Positions 13,233 to 26,482 are shown, numbered from the stretch's first letter. The stretch: DNA of 64,000 bases from Lama glama (GCA_028534125.1 CM052817.1:5396001-5460000); one strand, 5' to 3'. The notes: generated by a model not told the origin, from the letters alone. Made by a program: numbers and translations.

Positions 13233-16200
13233 AGCCCTGTGCGAAGCCCTGTCAGATCCTCGGGGTGGAACTCCCTGTCTGGCCTCCCCAGTCCCTGCTC
13301 CGTCCGTTATTACCTCCCTCTTTCACATGCTGGGCCCATACTAGGCCTTAACCTGTTTGCCAAGGGAACAAATGAAGGGAAGGCTTTCAAGTACACAGAA
13401 AAGCTAGTGGTGATGATTAACCAGCATACAGTCCCGAAGCACAAGCCGTGTACCCCCGGCCTCGTGTGCACTTCTGGGTCGGGTTGTAGGTCGGGAGATA
13501 GCCATGATATTCCTGTGGAGGAAACTGTTTTTTAATGGACTGAATTATTTGGATTACAAGGGTGTCTGTGACTCGAGCTGGCTGTCCACCAGGAGGGCCT
13601 ATAACTCCGTGCTTCACTTCAGCCCTATTTTCATTCCATTGTTTAAATGGATACTTTTTAGTTACAGATGACGTAATGGCAGAATGATCAGAACAGCAAA
13701 TGACAAGAAGCCGAGGGAAATGTGACTATAGTGAGACATGGTTTATCAGAGAAAACATCATTTTAGTTGATGTTAAGCCGGCCTGACCCAGTGACGTGCA
13801 GGTGAGCATCTCCCTGGGTGGCGTTCGTGGAAGCCCAGAGGCAGAACGAGGTGAGCGATAGTTCTGTTCCCTCTGCATCTCCTGTTGACACCGAGTATTG
13901 GGTCCATTCTTGGAACCACATTTGCTTTTTGAGGCCAGTAAATTCCTGCATTCAGAGAGTCATACGTGTGACCAGCAAGCACAAGTGTATTTCCTGTAGA
14001 GAGTTCCGGAAGGGTTTGAGAATGTTTAGCCTACAGAAGAGAGAAGACTTGCGTGGGGGTCGGGGACAAAATAGCTGAACTTGATTCCAAGTGCTGCTTG
14101 AAGTGGGAGGGTGACCTGGAAGAGGCAGTGGGCTCCCCACACACAGACAGCGGGGCGGTACCTCCTTGTGTCCTACTCAGTGTCATCCAGCAAATAGCAA
14201 GGTCAGGTAGGCCAGGGGTGGGCTAAGCTCTGGAAATGGAGGGGATGTGCGCCCCACCAAATCAGTGCAGTTTGGGGAGCCCGAAGAATGGTGGTTAAAA
14301 TGTTTAATTAAAGTGTGCCCATTGAGACAGAGAGATGTAAAAGAAAGCTGGGGCAAAACGGTTGAGGAGGGAAAGGCTGAGAACGTGACAGGCTTTTGCT
14401 TTTTCTTGAGGAGAAGAGGCATAGTCCTGTTTTAAAATGGAATTGCCTGGAGCTTCCTGGGTCGTTATGTACGTGTGGTGCTCCTCGACTTCTGAAATTG
14501 CCATGAGTTTGTTCATGGTGTCCTTAACACTAAGGATCTGAGATTTTATGTTTCTAATTTCCAAACTTCTTAAAGGAGATAGGGGCTTAATAAGAGAAAG
14601 CAGTACCTTTCAGGTTATTTGAAGGTTAATTGCTATTATCAGAAATTAGACCAGTAAGTTCATCTCAGCTGGTGTTAACCATCCTTGTCCCCTTTGTGTA
14701 ACTGTCTCCATTGTCTGCTGCGCAGGATCTATGAAGCGTAGAAGGGTGGAACTAGAAAAGTCAATCTCTCTCCTCTTTCATGTACACATTTCTCCTTCTC
14801 TGTTAAAAAACACAGGCTGAATTCTGGAAACTGCAGACCAGCAAGGTTGGTACTGGTTCTCACCAAAATTCCAAAACAGGTTATTTAACTGCTGATGACA
14901 GTTTCCTTAGATCAAGAACACCTTTCTTTTTTTTTTTCTAATGAGGTTTCCAGACTGATGGGGTAGAACACTTTATATATTCAACTAATATTTGTATTTT
15001 ATGTATATGTGTGTGTGTGTGTAACATGTACAACAGTGGTGCAGCTAACATTGACAACATTCAGTGAACAGACACTCACAGCTTGCCTCACAGAAGGCAT
15101 CATACAGAGAAAGTGGGAAGGGAACCCAGAATGCCATATTCTGAAAGCTCCTTGGCGCCGCACATTTGAGTAGAAGTTTGGTCCGTGAGAAAGAAGATGT
15201 TGCAGGTGGAGAGGACAGTGGGTGCCCACGGGTGGAGGTGGAAGGAGGGGCTGGCTCGGGGAAGGGTCTGCAGCTCTGGACTCTGGCGTGGCTGCAGGAG
15301 GAGAAGCCAGGCGGTGAGTGCCCGTTCCTTTGGCAGATGTTCACCAAGTGGAGTGGCTGAGCAGGCTAATTTGTTGGGTGAAAAAAAGGGGAGAGTCTAA
15401 AATGCCCTGAGATTTCCTAACTTGGGAATCAAGAGAGAGGGACCCTTTCTCTTTGGAAGGAGAGGGAGGGCCTGAGAGGAAGTCAGGAGGGTCGTGTGCA
15501 CGTGGCTGAGGCACCAGGGGACACCCAGCAGGCAGCTGAATACGCTCCCCTGGGACACAGGAGCCAGGCGGCAGGGTGGGCGTTTTCTGCAGATCCCAGG
15601 TTCAGCTCGGTGGAAACGAGTGGGTTTAGCGAGAACGCGTAAGGGCTGAACTTCGTTAAGGGTCAGAGGTCTGCAGGGGTGGAGGCGGCCACGAGGGAAG
15701 GTGAAGACAAATTGTCAGAGGTTGAAGAAGAACCTGGAGAGACGGAGTCCTGGAGGCCGAAGGAGGCCCGCGCTCCAGGAGAGCCGCCCCCGCGGAGCCC
15801 CACGTGCCTCGAGGGAGGTGGGGGGCAGTACACGTTGGGGGAGCGATGGGGGCCCAGCGTGTGTCCTCGGTGTACTCGCGTGCTGACTGAACAGCTGCTG
15901 AAAGGGAGCAAAGCAAAAGGAACAGTCTGCACGTTCTCCCTCCACCCCTGGCTGCGCTGCCCGCCGCCTCGGGGGTGTCTTGCTGGCCTCTTCTGTGGGT
16001 GACTAGTCCCTGGGAGCTTCTCCAGCACGGGAAAGGGACAGGACTCCGGCAGCTTCCACTGTGACTTCAGCAGGGGCGTCACGCTTCAGAGCCCTGACGG
16101 TTCTGAACTTTTAGCTGTAATTCACGCTGATGCATTTTTCAATTAAGACTGAAGGGACTGGATTTGCAGTTTAGTTAGTGGGCCCCAAATTACACTTGGG

Positions 16201-17034
16201 AACATGATCCTTGTGAAGTCATTTTAGCTTATCGGTAGTTGGCAAACATTTACACAACAGTGGTTGTTCTCACTGTGCCTTTGGCTGCATATGAAACTGA
16301 ACAGCGGGCTGTGTCCACTGATTGAATGAAAAAAAGAACGATTTTGTGTTACAGGGAACTTTTTACAATATGCCAGAGGGATGTATTGGAGTCTCTTTAA
16401 TCTTGAACAATGGTTGTTTCTTGCAGAGGCAAATTATGCAAATCGGCACTCAGTGTTTCATAATCAATCAGGTCTTTGTTGGAAGTGTTGTGCGTGCCAG
16501 AGGGACAGAATTCCTATTGTGGTGGTGGTGGGCGGGTCTCTGCAAGTTGAACCACTGCGGTGATCTGCAGAGGACACTTCTGACTGACTGCCTTGAACGC
16601 TCCCTACAGTTAAATTGCAGTCGGCCTCTGAGAAGAACTTGTACCAGGGTTTTTGTTTTACAGTTTATCTTGCTTTGGGTGATTACAAAACACCCGTGAA
16701 GGAACAGCTTGCAGGTCTGTTCTGTGGGGGACACACGTGAACGGGGCCGGGATGCCGCTGGGGACGGCAGGGAGCAGCCCCACTCCCGCTCCTGGAGCTG
16801 CCTTTGTGTGGAGCCTGCCTGGGGTGTGGTGGTTTAAGGCCTTGGACTCATCCAAATGCACGTGTATATTTGCAAACAGTGTCATTCCAGCTTCAGCTTG
16901 TGTAGCCACAATTAACTTTTAATAATCTCCTGTGATTCTAGATCAAGAATAAAGAACCAGAGAAAATGTTAAAGCCCTTGGAAAAAACGGATACTTCTGG
17001 CATTTCTTGTTATTGCCACTGCTCCAATACTTGT

Positions 17035-17050
17035 GCTGCCATCTAGTGGA
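17035..17050 (-). promoter_or_regulatory. CTCF motif, reverse orientation
   Basis: gctgccatctagtgga; reverse complement CCACTAGATGGCAGC is a full consensus match. Confidence 0.7.
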
Positions 17051-19984
17051 CGGTGTCAAGTACGCAGTAGACGTGCTGTGTTTGGAATTTATTTTACCCT
17101 GCTAGTGATCCTTGAAGATGATGGAAAAACAGTTCCACGCGGAGCATGAAATCATTTTTGAGGACCCACTTTGGGTTAGTCACATGCTCAGATGTGAAAA
17201 CGTTTCAGAACCAGACAGCGGCATCTCTGAAAGAGTTACGCCTGCAAGAGGTCCTTAACCCAGCTTGGGAATGGCAGAGAAGACTTCCGGGAGGTGGGTC
17301 CCTGGACCAGAGTCGTGTGAGTCGGAGTAAATCAGAAGGCTAGGGTTGGGAGGCTGGGGAGGGCTCTGAGTCTGGAGAATCAGCAGGGACAGGAACTCCT
17401 CAGCACCTCGGGTTTATGGAATTGGACTTGATCCTGTGGTCCTGAGGCGTCTACATTTTCAGTCAGGGAAGTATGTGGGAAGATTTACCTTTTTGTTTAG
17501 AAACAGTTTTTGTCTGATTACAAAAATCATATATACAAATTGTAGAAAATTCTAAGGTCTGGAAAGGTATTAGGAAGAAAGCAAAGTCTCCAAGTCCCAC
17601 CACCCAGACGGCCATTGGTATCCTGATGAGCCGCCTCTGAGGTTCCTCTGTCTGCAGACACAGCTTTGGTACGTGTGTCATGTATTTCACGTAACTAGAT
17701 CACACAGTACGTGCTGTGGGCAACCTTGCTTCCTCCCCCTTCGACAGTATGCTTGTGGGAGAACCATCCATGGGGCTGAGTCCGTGTCAACAACACGCAT
17801 TCACCCGTGGGAGCAGTTCTCCTGAGTGCACATACTGGGATGTTTTTGTTTGGTGTCTCCTAGTAAAAGCTTCATGTGTAAGAACAGGTCATGTGAGAAT
17901 CTATTTTCCTGTCAGATGCATCTAACACAAGGACACCAGGACTGCGTTGTAGTCAGTCGACTTATGTGGCACTTGTGTGGAGAATTTCAATGTCTTGATG
18001 ATTTTTGGAATTAGCCTTATTAAACTACAATCACTTAAAAGTGAACTAGATTTATCTTCAGAGAAAGGGATGAGTCAGATAAATGCCTGCAGTTTTAGAA
18101 TGGCGCTTAAATAACTCATTTGGCTGAGTATCAGCTTCTTGGGGAAGCCATATCCTGGCTGATGCTGGAGTGTGGCTGTTGGCTTTGTGCGTTTGACCAG
18201 AACAAGTCATCTCAGCGTTGGGTACTTGTGATCTCAAAGCATTCCGCGTGCACTCTGGTAACAGCACCCCTCAGAGACCCAGTGTGCTCAGATGGGACGA
18301 GGGTCACCTCTGTGGGAGACTTGCTGAGACGGAAAGCCCACAGGCACTTGGTTTGGGAGTCACTCTCTCCCTTTTATTCTGAATCATTTATACAAAATGT
18401 GTCTTCTCATCTGTAAAATGGGATTATCATGGAACCTATCCCATAGGGTTAACGGGAGAAGTAAATGAGATAATGCACTCACAGCATTTAGATTGGCGAC
18501 ACAGCACGCACTCAGAGTTGGCTGTTACCTCCTGCTACTGTTGTCTTTAAAACCTCGTTTTTACCACTCTCCCTTTGTAGTGAAGCTCAGGGAGATTAAG
18601 CAACTTGCTCAAAATTTCAGTTGGCAAAGGTTAAGAGTTTAGGAGCTTATAAAAAACACCCCTTTCTTTCCAGCCCAATTCTGGAACTACCTGAAAGGAG
18701 TACAGGAGTCAGAAGATGAAAACACCAAATGGAGAAGCTGGCTTTAGATTTGTGGCCAAATCTGGGTGGAGCATGAGCCAGAACAGCCCCTCTGCTGCCG
18801 GCTGCCGAGCGAGCTCACTCCCTTCTCCAGGTCCCACGCCAGGAAGTCGTCCTCTGCCCTCAGCTGCAAGAGTGAGGGGTCAGAGACAGAACAGGAAGTT
18901 AGTCCAGCTCAGTCCCTCCGCCGAGGCCCGACAGCGTCCCCTGTAGAGTCAGTGGCAGAGATGGAGCAGAGACGAGAACTGGGAACCTTGGCCAGCTCCT
19001 TGGTTTCTTACCCATCTCTCTCCTGTCTATCCTGCGCCACCCCCGGTCCTTTGCCCGGAGTCTGCTCCTGGGCCTACCCCGACCCCACCCTCAGGGTGGA
19101 TGGAGACGGACTCAGATCCGGGAAGGGAGCCTGCCCTGGACGTCGCCTTCATTTCTTGTTTAAACTGTGTTTTGAGGTGGTTTGATGATTGATACTCAGT
19201 GAACAGGTGACCGTGGTACCGCCAGTCTTTCTGACCATCCTGTTTCCTTGCTCATGCTTCTGAGCCTTCCTTCCAGCGTCCCCGTGGTACTTGCGACCCC
19301 AGGCCTCCTGTGTCGCAAGCACAGGGAACAGCAGCCGAGCTTGGAGGAGGCGACTTCAGCGGTGAACGCAGTCACTTTCGATGTGCGCCTGTTCCTACTC
19401 TGTCATCTAAGTGACTTTTTAAATGAGCACTCTGTGCAGAAGCGTTCCAGAAACCTCTCTTGCAGATCTTTCTATGTCCACTGCAGTTAAAACATTAAAA
19501 AAAATCAATATATACAGATACTCTCACTTGAAACCCAGTTTATATTTCTGTGAAGAAAAGCGTCAAACTTAAATAAACTAAGTAGCAGTGGTTTATTAGT
19601 CTTTTGACGGTATAATAGAGAATAAATAACTTAGCCTTAGAGTCACATAGACCTGTGCTCTATTCCAGTTCTGCCCCTCTTAGCCTGTGACCTTGCGGGG
19701 GGCCTCAGTTTATCTGCACTGCCTGGCACACACGTGGTTGGTCTCAGTACGTGGCGGTCACTGTTGGGAACGTCAGGTGTGCAGTGCGTTGTTGAATACA
19801 GATACAGAAAAAACAGCTCGATGTTGTTCGCTGGACACTTTTCTCGTTCCCAGTCATCCCCCTTCGTGGTGACTATTCTAGAAAACTACACCTGCCACCT
19901 GCCAAAAACCTGTGCTTCAGTCTGGGGGTTAAGAATTCAAGCCTGATACTTAGAATGCTGGGTTCCTTCCAGGCTTCACCCCGT

Positions 19985-20150
19985 GTGTCTCTGAGCAAAT
20001 TCCTTGCCCTCTCTCTGACTCAGTTTTCTTAGCTGTAAAACAGGCGTGACAGTGTTACTCGCCTCCTGGGGGCTGCTGGGAGAGTTCAGTGAGCTAGTGC
20101 GCGCAGAGGTCTTGGGGTCGTGCCCGGCATGTAGTAAACCCTCAAAGAAG
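19985..20150 (+). mobile_element. MIR SINE
   Basis: ctctctgactcagttttcttagctgtaaaa...gtgcccggcatgtagtaaaccctca. Confidence 0.7.
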
Positions 20151-20359
20151 GTTTCGTTGTTGATTTTTTTAAGTGTCATTGATCTTCTTAAATGGAACTT
20201 TTAACAAAGCTTACAAGTACTTAGAAATAAACTAGAGATTTGTGGTGGGATTGAGTTGGTTCAAGTGTGAGTTATTACTAGTTTGGCAGCAGAAATCCTG
20301 TACTTCAGAATCACCAAAATGTTAAAAGAGAGTATAAGATGGCATATTTTAGAAAAATA

Positions 20360-20650
20360 GTGTTTTATTAAGGAAAACGCCACATATACACTAAAGTAGA
20401 CAGATAGTTGTAAGGAGCCCACGTATGCACGTGCCCATGTCCCGTTACTGACGCATGACTAATCCTGTTTCCTGTTTCTCTCCACCCCCATGTTATGTTG
20501 GAGCAAATCCCAGGTATCATATCATTTTATTTATAAATTTTCAGTACCTTTCTAAAAGATAGGGATTTTAAAAACATAATCGTAGTACATACTGTTATCA
20601 CACCTAAAAAAAAGTTCTTTGTAATTCCTTAATATCATTAAATATTAAGT
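20360..20650 (-). mobile_element. Ancient L1 3' end fragment
   Basis: gcaaatcccaggtatcatatcatttt...ttatcacacctaaaaaa...aattccttaatatca resembles L1MC/ME antisense ends. Confidence 0.55.
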
Positions 20651-21419
20651 GGGAGATTTTTTAAACCAGTGAAGTAACAATATACAGCAGGCATTATAGT
20701 GACTTTAATGTCAAATGAAACTAGAAAATACCGACATGTTCATCAGTTTAGGAGGGAGCCCGTGCTCGTATGGCACACTTAGGGCTTCAGTTCCGGCTTT
20801 GTCGCCGATACTGCTGCTCAGGGTTTTGGTTTCTTTCCACTAATTAAAAATCTGTTTCCACAGGGTTGTTGTCAGAATTAAGTGAAATAACCCGCTTAAT
20901 GTGACTGGTCCGGAGGAGAAAGTAAATATTGTATTCCTTTCCTTTTTCTCTTGTAACTTCAGTTCAATTCTTACTTTAAACTACAGCTTATGTTAGAAAT
21001 GGAGTCTCTATTCTTGGTCCACATCCATCCTCTCTGGTGGAGACATATTTCATATAATTCAGCAGTGTGATCAGAACCACAGCTTGCTAACATGAAAACT
21101 CGTCCCTGTGGACCATCAGTCAGATGGAGGGAGGAGCCCCTGCTCCGTGAGGACAGACCACCTCCATGCAGCACGTTGGACTGCACAGTCTCAGTGGGTT
21201 TACATGCTGATGCTGCACCTTCTGGATGCAACATGCTGACTCTCTAGGCGAGCAATTTGCAAAGTAGCCAGCATAGCCCTCTTCGTTTGTTTGTTCACAC
21301 AGTTAGCAAAGGGCAGTCTTGTGATTCCTTTTTAATATGACTAGGATGTCAGGAGTTACCAGATCTTGAAGCCTTTTCTGTTGGATTTCCTTTTTTCCCT
21401 CATTTCCTCCTTCCAACAG

Positions 21420-21676
21420 TTAGGCGCTACTGGAGATATAAAAATGAATAGGATATAGATCCTGATGTCAAAGAACTTAATTGAAGTCTAGCAGGGGATA
21501 CAGGTAAATACTTGTAATATGGGAAGTGTTCACAGGTATCTGTGAAATACTAAGGGGCGTGTTAGAAAAGGCTTCCTGGAGGAGGTGACATTTAAGCAGA
21601 ACCTGGAAGGATGAGCAGGGGCTCTGCAGGTAGCATGGGATTGGGATTAAGAAGGCTGTTCCAGCAGAGTAGGAGC
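21420..21676 (-). mobile_element. LINE-2 fragment containing the left arm of an inverted repeat
   Basis: ctggagatataaaaatgaatagga, ggcttcctggaggaggtgacatttaagc and gaaggatgag are L2 antisense motifs. Confidence 0.7.
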
Positions 21677-21883
21677 ACTCCCTGGGAATGCTTTCCAGGC
21701 TAAACCATGTTGTGGGGCACTTCATGGCCTTGGTCAGAAGAGGGACACACCATTTTCACAGCTCAATGCCTCTGTGATGGCTCTTCCTCTGCCTGAACCA
21801 GCATTCTTAGTTCCAGCCCCATGCTACCTGCAGAGCCTCTGGTCATCCTTCTGCTTAAATGTTACCTCCTCCATGAAGTCCTT
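21568..21883. repeat. Inverted repeat, arms 21568-21676 and 21780-21883, ~103-nt spacer
   Basis: Perfect 20-bp complement 21620-21639 / 21818-21837, plus a 24-bp block with one mismatch, aligned by hand. Confidence 0.93.
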
Positions 21884-22696
21884 GGATCTTGTCACTGACC
21901 TGGTCCCACAGACTTTTCCATTGACCCCATCCTTCCTCCTCCTAGACCCCGCCTTTTCCCTCCCTCTACTCCCATGTCATTCGATGATACCAAGTCTGAA
22001 AGAAATAGACACTAGTTTTAGATCTCGGTGGGGCAAATGTACTTTCATTTTGCTCTGATTTCCTTCTCAAACTGGACACTGGAATGGCCTCTTTCCTTTT
22101 AGAAGTAAGAAGCTTTCTCTTTAGATACACACATATAAATGATTCTTACCATGTAAGTGACTGTTTTTAAATTGGCACTATATGTGGAAACATTGAAAAT
22201 CCAAAGTACACAACTATTCAGCCTCTCTAAAAATCTGAAAGCCTCAGGGGCATATCAGTCTTGTATGAAATATAATATGCTGTCTTTGGCAGTTTATTCT
22301 CAAAAATAGGACTGAGCACAACAGTAAACAGATCAAAGCTTGATGAAGAATCTTTACGAAGATGACGGTAGTCATGTGATTAAACTGTCAAATCGATCTT
22401 TATAAAGTTAACTCTATCATATAACGCTGTTTGGGAACTTAAGTGTGTCTGTTTAGATAAAGATATAGTGACATTTTTTTCTTTATTATTAATTTGTGAT
22501 TTTTTTGCATGTATTTATTTTGGGAACCTAGTATAATTTCACAGCTGTCAAATACCTACAGAAATATTAATGCTCATTTATTTCTTTTTAGTCTTGGCAT
22601 TTGAAATATTTTATACATTGTACTTGTATTAAGTATTGAGTTATTCAACTGATGATATTAAGTCAGTAATTACTTAACACCTTAATTTATCTTAGT

Positions 22697-22832
22697 GAGG
22701 AGGGTATAGCTGAAGTGGTAGAGCACATGCTTAGCATGCACAAGGTCCTGGGTTCAATCCCACGTGCTTCCATTAAAAATTTTAAAAATAAACAAAAAAA
22801 AAACCAAACCTAATTACACCCCCCCCAAAAAA
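22697..22832 (+). mobile_element. tRNA-Ala-derived SINE, vic-1-like (camelid)
   Basis: Head gagggtatagctgaagtggtagagcacatgcttagcatgcacaaggtcctgggttcaatccc with pol III A and B boxes, then an A-rich linker, cctaattac, a C-run and an A tail. Confidence 0.85.
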
Positions 22833-24599
22833 TTTCATTTAACCCTGACCAAACTTCATTTCATTTTAACAAATTGGCTGCAGTGTGTTTTAGAACCACA
22901 ACTCCCCCTGCCCAGTGCATTGTGCCCCAGAAGCCCCTGCAGGCAGGTGTTGGGAAGGGGATAGAAGCCAGGGAAATGTATTAAACTGAGAGTAACTTGA
23001 TTAAATCCTGTATGTGGTACAGTAAACACCTTGTTTGCACATCTCTTAAATTTTTTCCCCAACAACCTTCAAAGTCAGATTTTAAAATACAGCATAAGTG
23101 GAAAATAGGAATGAGAGCGTGAGGAGGGCCACTGTGGCGCAGTGGAAGACACACCGAGCTTGACCCTGAGCCCCACCAGGCACTAACTTGTAACCGCACC
23201 ATTCACTCAGCTTCGGCGAGGTTCACCTTCCCAAGCTGGGTGATGGGCGCAGTGGTGTCAGTGCCCACAGCAGGGCGCAGGGAAGAACTGGGTCGTGTAT
23301 GTGGAAGGACCCGCAGAGCCAGGGCTGTCTGGCAGACTCTCAATCATTGTTTTAGTCTGGTGAATAAATTAATATTGTGGCCATACTTAATTTTGTCTTT
23401 GATTCATGCTCTTAAGACGCCTGAGGGTACTTTTCTGAACCATATTTGTTATTAGTCTAGACTCTGGGAAATTTAACTGAACCCCTACTGACCTATCTCC
23501 AGACACATGCTGAACATTTCTTTGGTGGTAAATACTATTTTTGTATTTAGACATTTACTCATTCCACACATACTTATTAACACCTCTAAGCTGTGTGGTG
23601 TGCTTGGGGCTGCGAGGAGGCTGTGCGGCCCTCCTTGTGTGGTTCATAGCCCCACAGAGAGAGGTGTGTGTGTTACAGTGAAGCCAGGGGACGTGGGTGG
23701 GATGCAGAAGTTCTTTTAAGTTCAGAGCAAAGTGAAAATTAGCCTGAGTTGGCCTTGACAGAAGAACTATCATGAGAAAGATGAAAGTTCAGCAGATCCT
23801 TCAAGTCTGGGGCTCCCTCTCTTTGGAGTAAGTACAAAGGGCATTAGAGAGAAATTAGCGTGAGCCATGGTCAAAGGACAGGGAAGGCCACCAGCTTAGC
23901 TAATCACTGTCTCCTTCTGGAAACACTTTGGTCCCTGTTGTCCTAGTTTTCTTTCTACTTCTTTTTATTTGATTTGTTTCTTAGTTCCTCGTTCCACACA
24001 CCGTACCTGACCCACAGTACGTGCTTTGGAGTAGTTGTTGCTATGCTAGAAACGAGCCATCACAGCTTCAGTCCTCTGTACTGCTGTGTCTGTTTTGTTC
24101 ACCCATGGAAGTAGGGAGATGGAGATTTGCTATGCAGGGATAAATTGTTGCTCTCGAATCTTTCATTTAATTCTGCTCCTCTGCATGGGCCCTGTTGATA
24201 AACTTGATAAGCTGCCTTAGAACCCATCCCCTAGAACACTTGGAAGAAGACATGTCTATAAAGTTTTAGGCACAAGACACATAAGGAAAAGGATCGGCCT
24301 TTATTGAGCACATGCTGGGTAGTTTCTAGACTTGCACTGTCCCATTGAATCTCAGGGTTCCTTAGAGAGCTCCTCGTCACCGGTCACAGATCACAGCCAT
24401 TACACAGGAGGAGGGAACCATCAGTAAGAGACAAAGCCCAGCAAGCTCGTGATTGTGCCAGAGTCTGAAACCAGAGTCGTCCAGTTTGTAGCTTCAGAAT
24501 CTTTCTACCATGCATTCCATTCTCTATTAGTTTAAAATTTGTTACATGTGAGCGTAAAATAGCTATTTACATAAAGCGTTCGCTTTCTTTTCATTGTAG

Positions 24600-24667
24600 A
24601 TTTCGCACATTGGCAAACTGAGAGATTTTCTTCTGGAACACAGGAAAGATTATATTAATGCTTATAG
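24600..24667 (+). CDS. STX18: Syntaxin-18 coding exon 2 (ISHIGKLRDFLLEHRKDYINAY-S)
   Basis: Acceptor ctttcttttcattgtag|A, donor AG|gtaagt. 68 nt, phase 0 to 2. Translation matches the recalled mammalian STX18 N-terminal sequence. Confidence 0.96.
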
Positions 24668-25602
24668 GTAAGTATATTTTTGTATCATGATTTTGGTGAC
24701 TATTCTTTTCCGTACCTGTATTTCTTTTGAGCTTTTTGTCCTCACTTTTTACTTAATAACTCAGGGTTGTAACGGAGAGGATCAGTTTTGCAGTGAAAAA
24801 ATATCTGCAGAGCAAAAAGGAGCTCCGCCAGCTGCGCCCATGTCCTCAACATCCCCACGTCCCCACAGCAGCACCCCCGTTCTGATGCCCCCCTGAGGCA
24901 GTGTCTCGGTGTGCGCCAGGTGTGCTGTGAAGCACGCAGAGAGGAACGGGGCAGTTTCTCACCGAGTAAATTCTCACTGAGCAGATGAAGAGGTAATACA
25001 AGTCACGTAAAGATGCCATTTGGAGAGACAAGAGCTCTTGCTGTAGTGTGAGTTTTTATTAGGTCAGTTATTAAAAAGAGAAAAAGCGTTTTGATCAAGC
25101 CTTTCAAAATGGTTTCTGAAATAGACGCCAGTTCTCCAAAGGCACAGGGACGTTGCGGTGCAGGTATGTTGCCTTCTGCTCTCCCCTGACCGGCATCTGC
25201 ACCTGTCTCTAGTGCGGTGCTTCTGCCGTGGGGCCAGGCTCCAGCGTAGTGTGTAAACGAATGGAAAAGTTGGGTTGGACGTGTGCAGCGACATCTTCAG
25301 AAGCATCTTTTTAGGATTTCGTCTTATTAAACAAGCATTTTAGCCCTTCAGAAGCCTTCTTATCGTAGAGAATATAAAAGAAGTCCTCAGGCTTTAAAAA
25401 AAATGTGTCAATATATGCAAAAATGGAAATATTTCATAGAAGTTCTTTAACAGAAAAAATAATTATATTCCAGGTGAATTTTAAGTAATCTCTACCACTT
25501 TGTCTACTTTATACTTCTAAGTGTATTTCATTTCCATACTAGAAGTGTTATTCTAATGCTTAGTACCAAGACCTTAAAGTTCTCAGTTAAAATAGTTGAT
25601 CA

Positions 25603-25618
25603 ACACTAGATGGCAGTG
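25603..25618 (+). promoter_or_regulatory. CTCF motif, forward orientation
   Basis: acactagatggcagtg, one mismatch at the first C of the consensus. Confidence 0.55.
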
Positions 25619-26318
25619 TAAATTTTATTTCTGAAGGTGTGTATGTGTATCAGATATCAATTCTATAGCTCATAAAAATGGAAGCTCCACTCATTTTGGA
25701 AAACTTAATAAAACTGATACGAGTCTGTCAGTTTTCAGCTCCTTGTTTTGTTTTGCTTTGTTTTGTTTTCCTTGTGAGAAATTCCAAATCTTATTTAGTA
25801 CAGTCTTTAAGATTATAGCATTTATAGGAATATACTGAAAACATCTCTTTATGTCTATAACTTGTCTGAAAAGTGATTTCACATCTTTAATGAAAGATTA
25901 TCAATATAACAGCAGATTATCATGTTTTAAATACAGCAACACACATGCAAAAAGCAATATGAAGTCATTAATCTAGTCAGAATGAAGACCTGGAGGCCAA
26001 AAATTGTCCAGAGTGAATTTTTTTTTAATAACATTCTTTTTACAAATCTGTTTGTGCAGTTCTGAAATAATCAGTCCTAAGGACATACCAGATTATACTG
26101 TTCAGCTCCTTTCTCTAGTACATGGCAGCTGAGGTTAAATAAGTGGGTGTGGAGACCTTTCATGGGAATCCATTATTAACTTCCCTTTGCCTTGAGAAGG
26201 TATCCAGCTGGGAGAATGCTTTAACTGTTGGTTTAGTTCATGCCATCCTGTTCCCTTATTAGCCATGAGAACCTAAGAAAGTCATTTAATCTGTAAAACG
26301 CTATGTTTTCCTCTAAAC

Positions 26319-26421
26319 CAGGGAGCAGCAAACTGTCACAGCCAGCAGGTCAAGCCCAGCCTGTTTTTATACAGCCTGTGAGCTGAGAATAGTTTTCACA
26401 TTTTTTAACTGCTGGGGGAAA

Positions 26422-26482
<61 letters not shown>

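Noticed and set aside
13029..13535. 168-aa His/Thr-rich ORF
   Set aside because: Produced by the CA-rich low-complexity tract.
22697..22772. tRNA-Ala-like sequence
   Set aside because: Acceptor stem is degenerate, it runs into a SINE body and A tail, and a second copy at 46031-46162 has a TSD. It is a SINE, not a tRNA gene.
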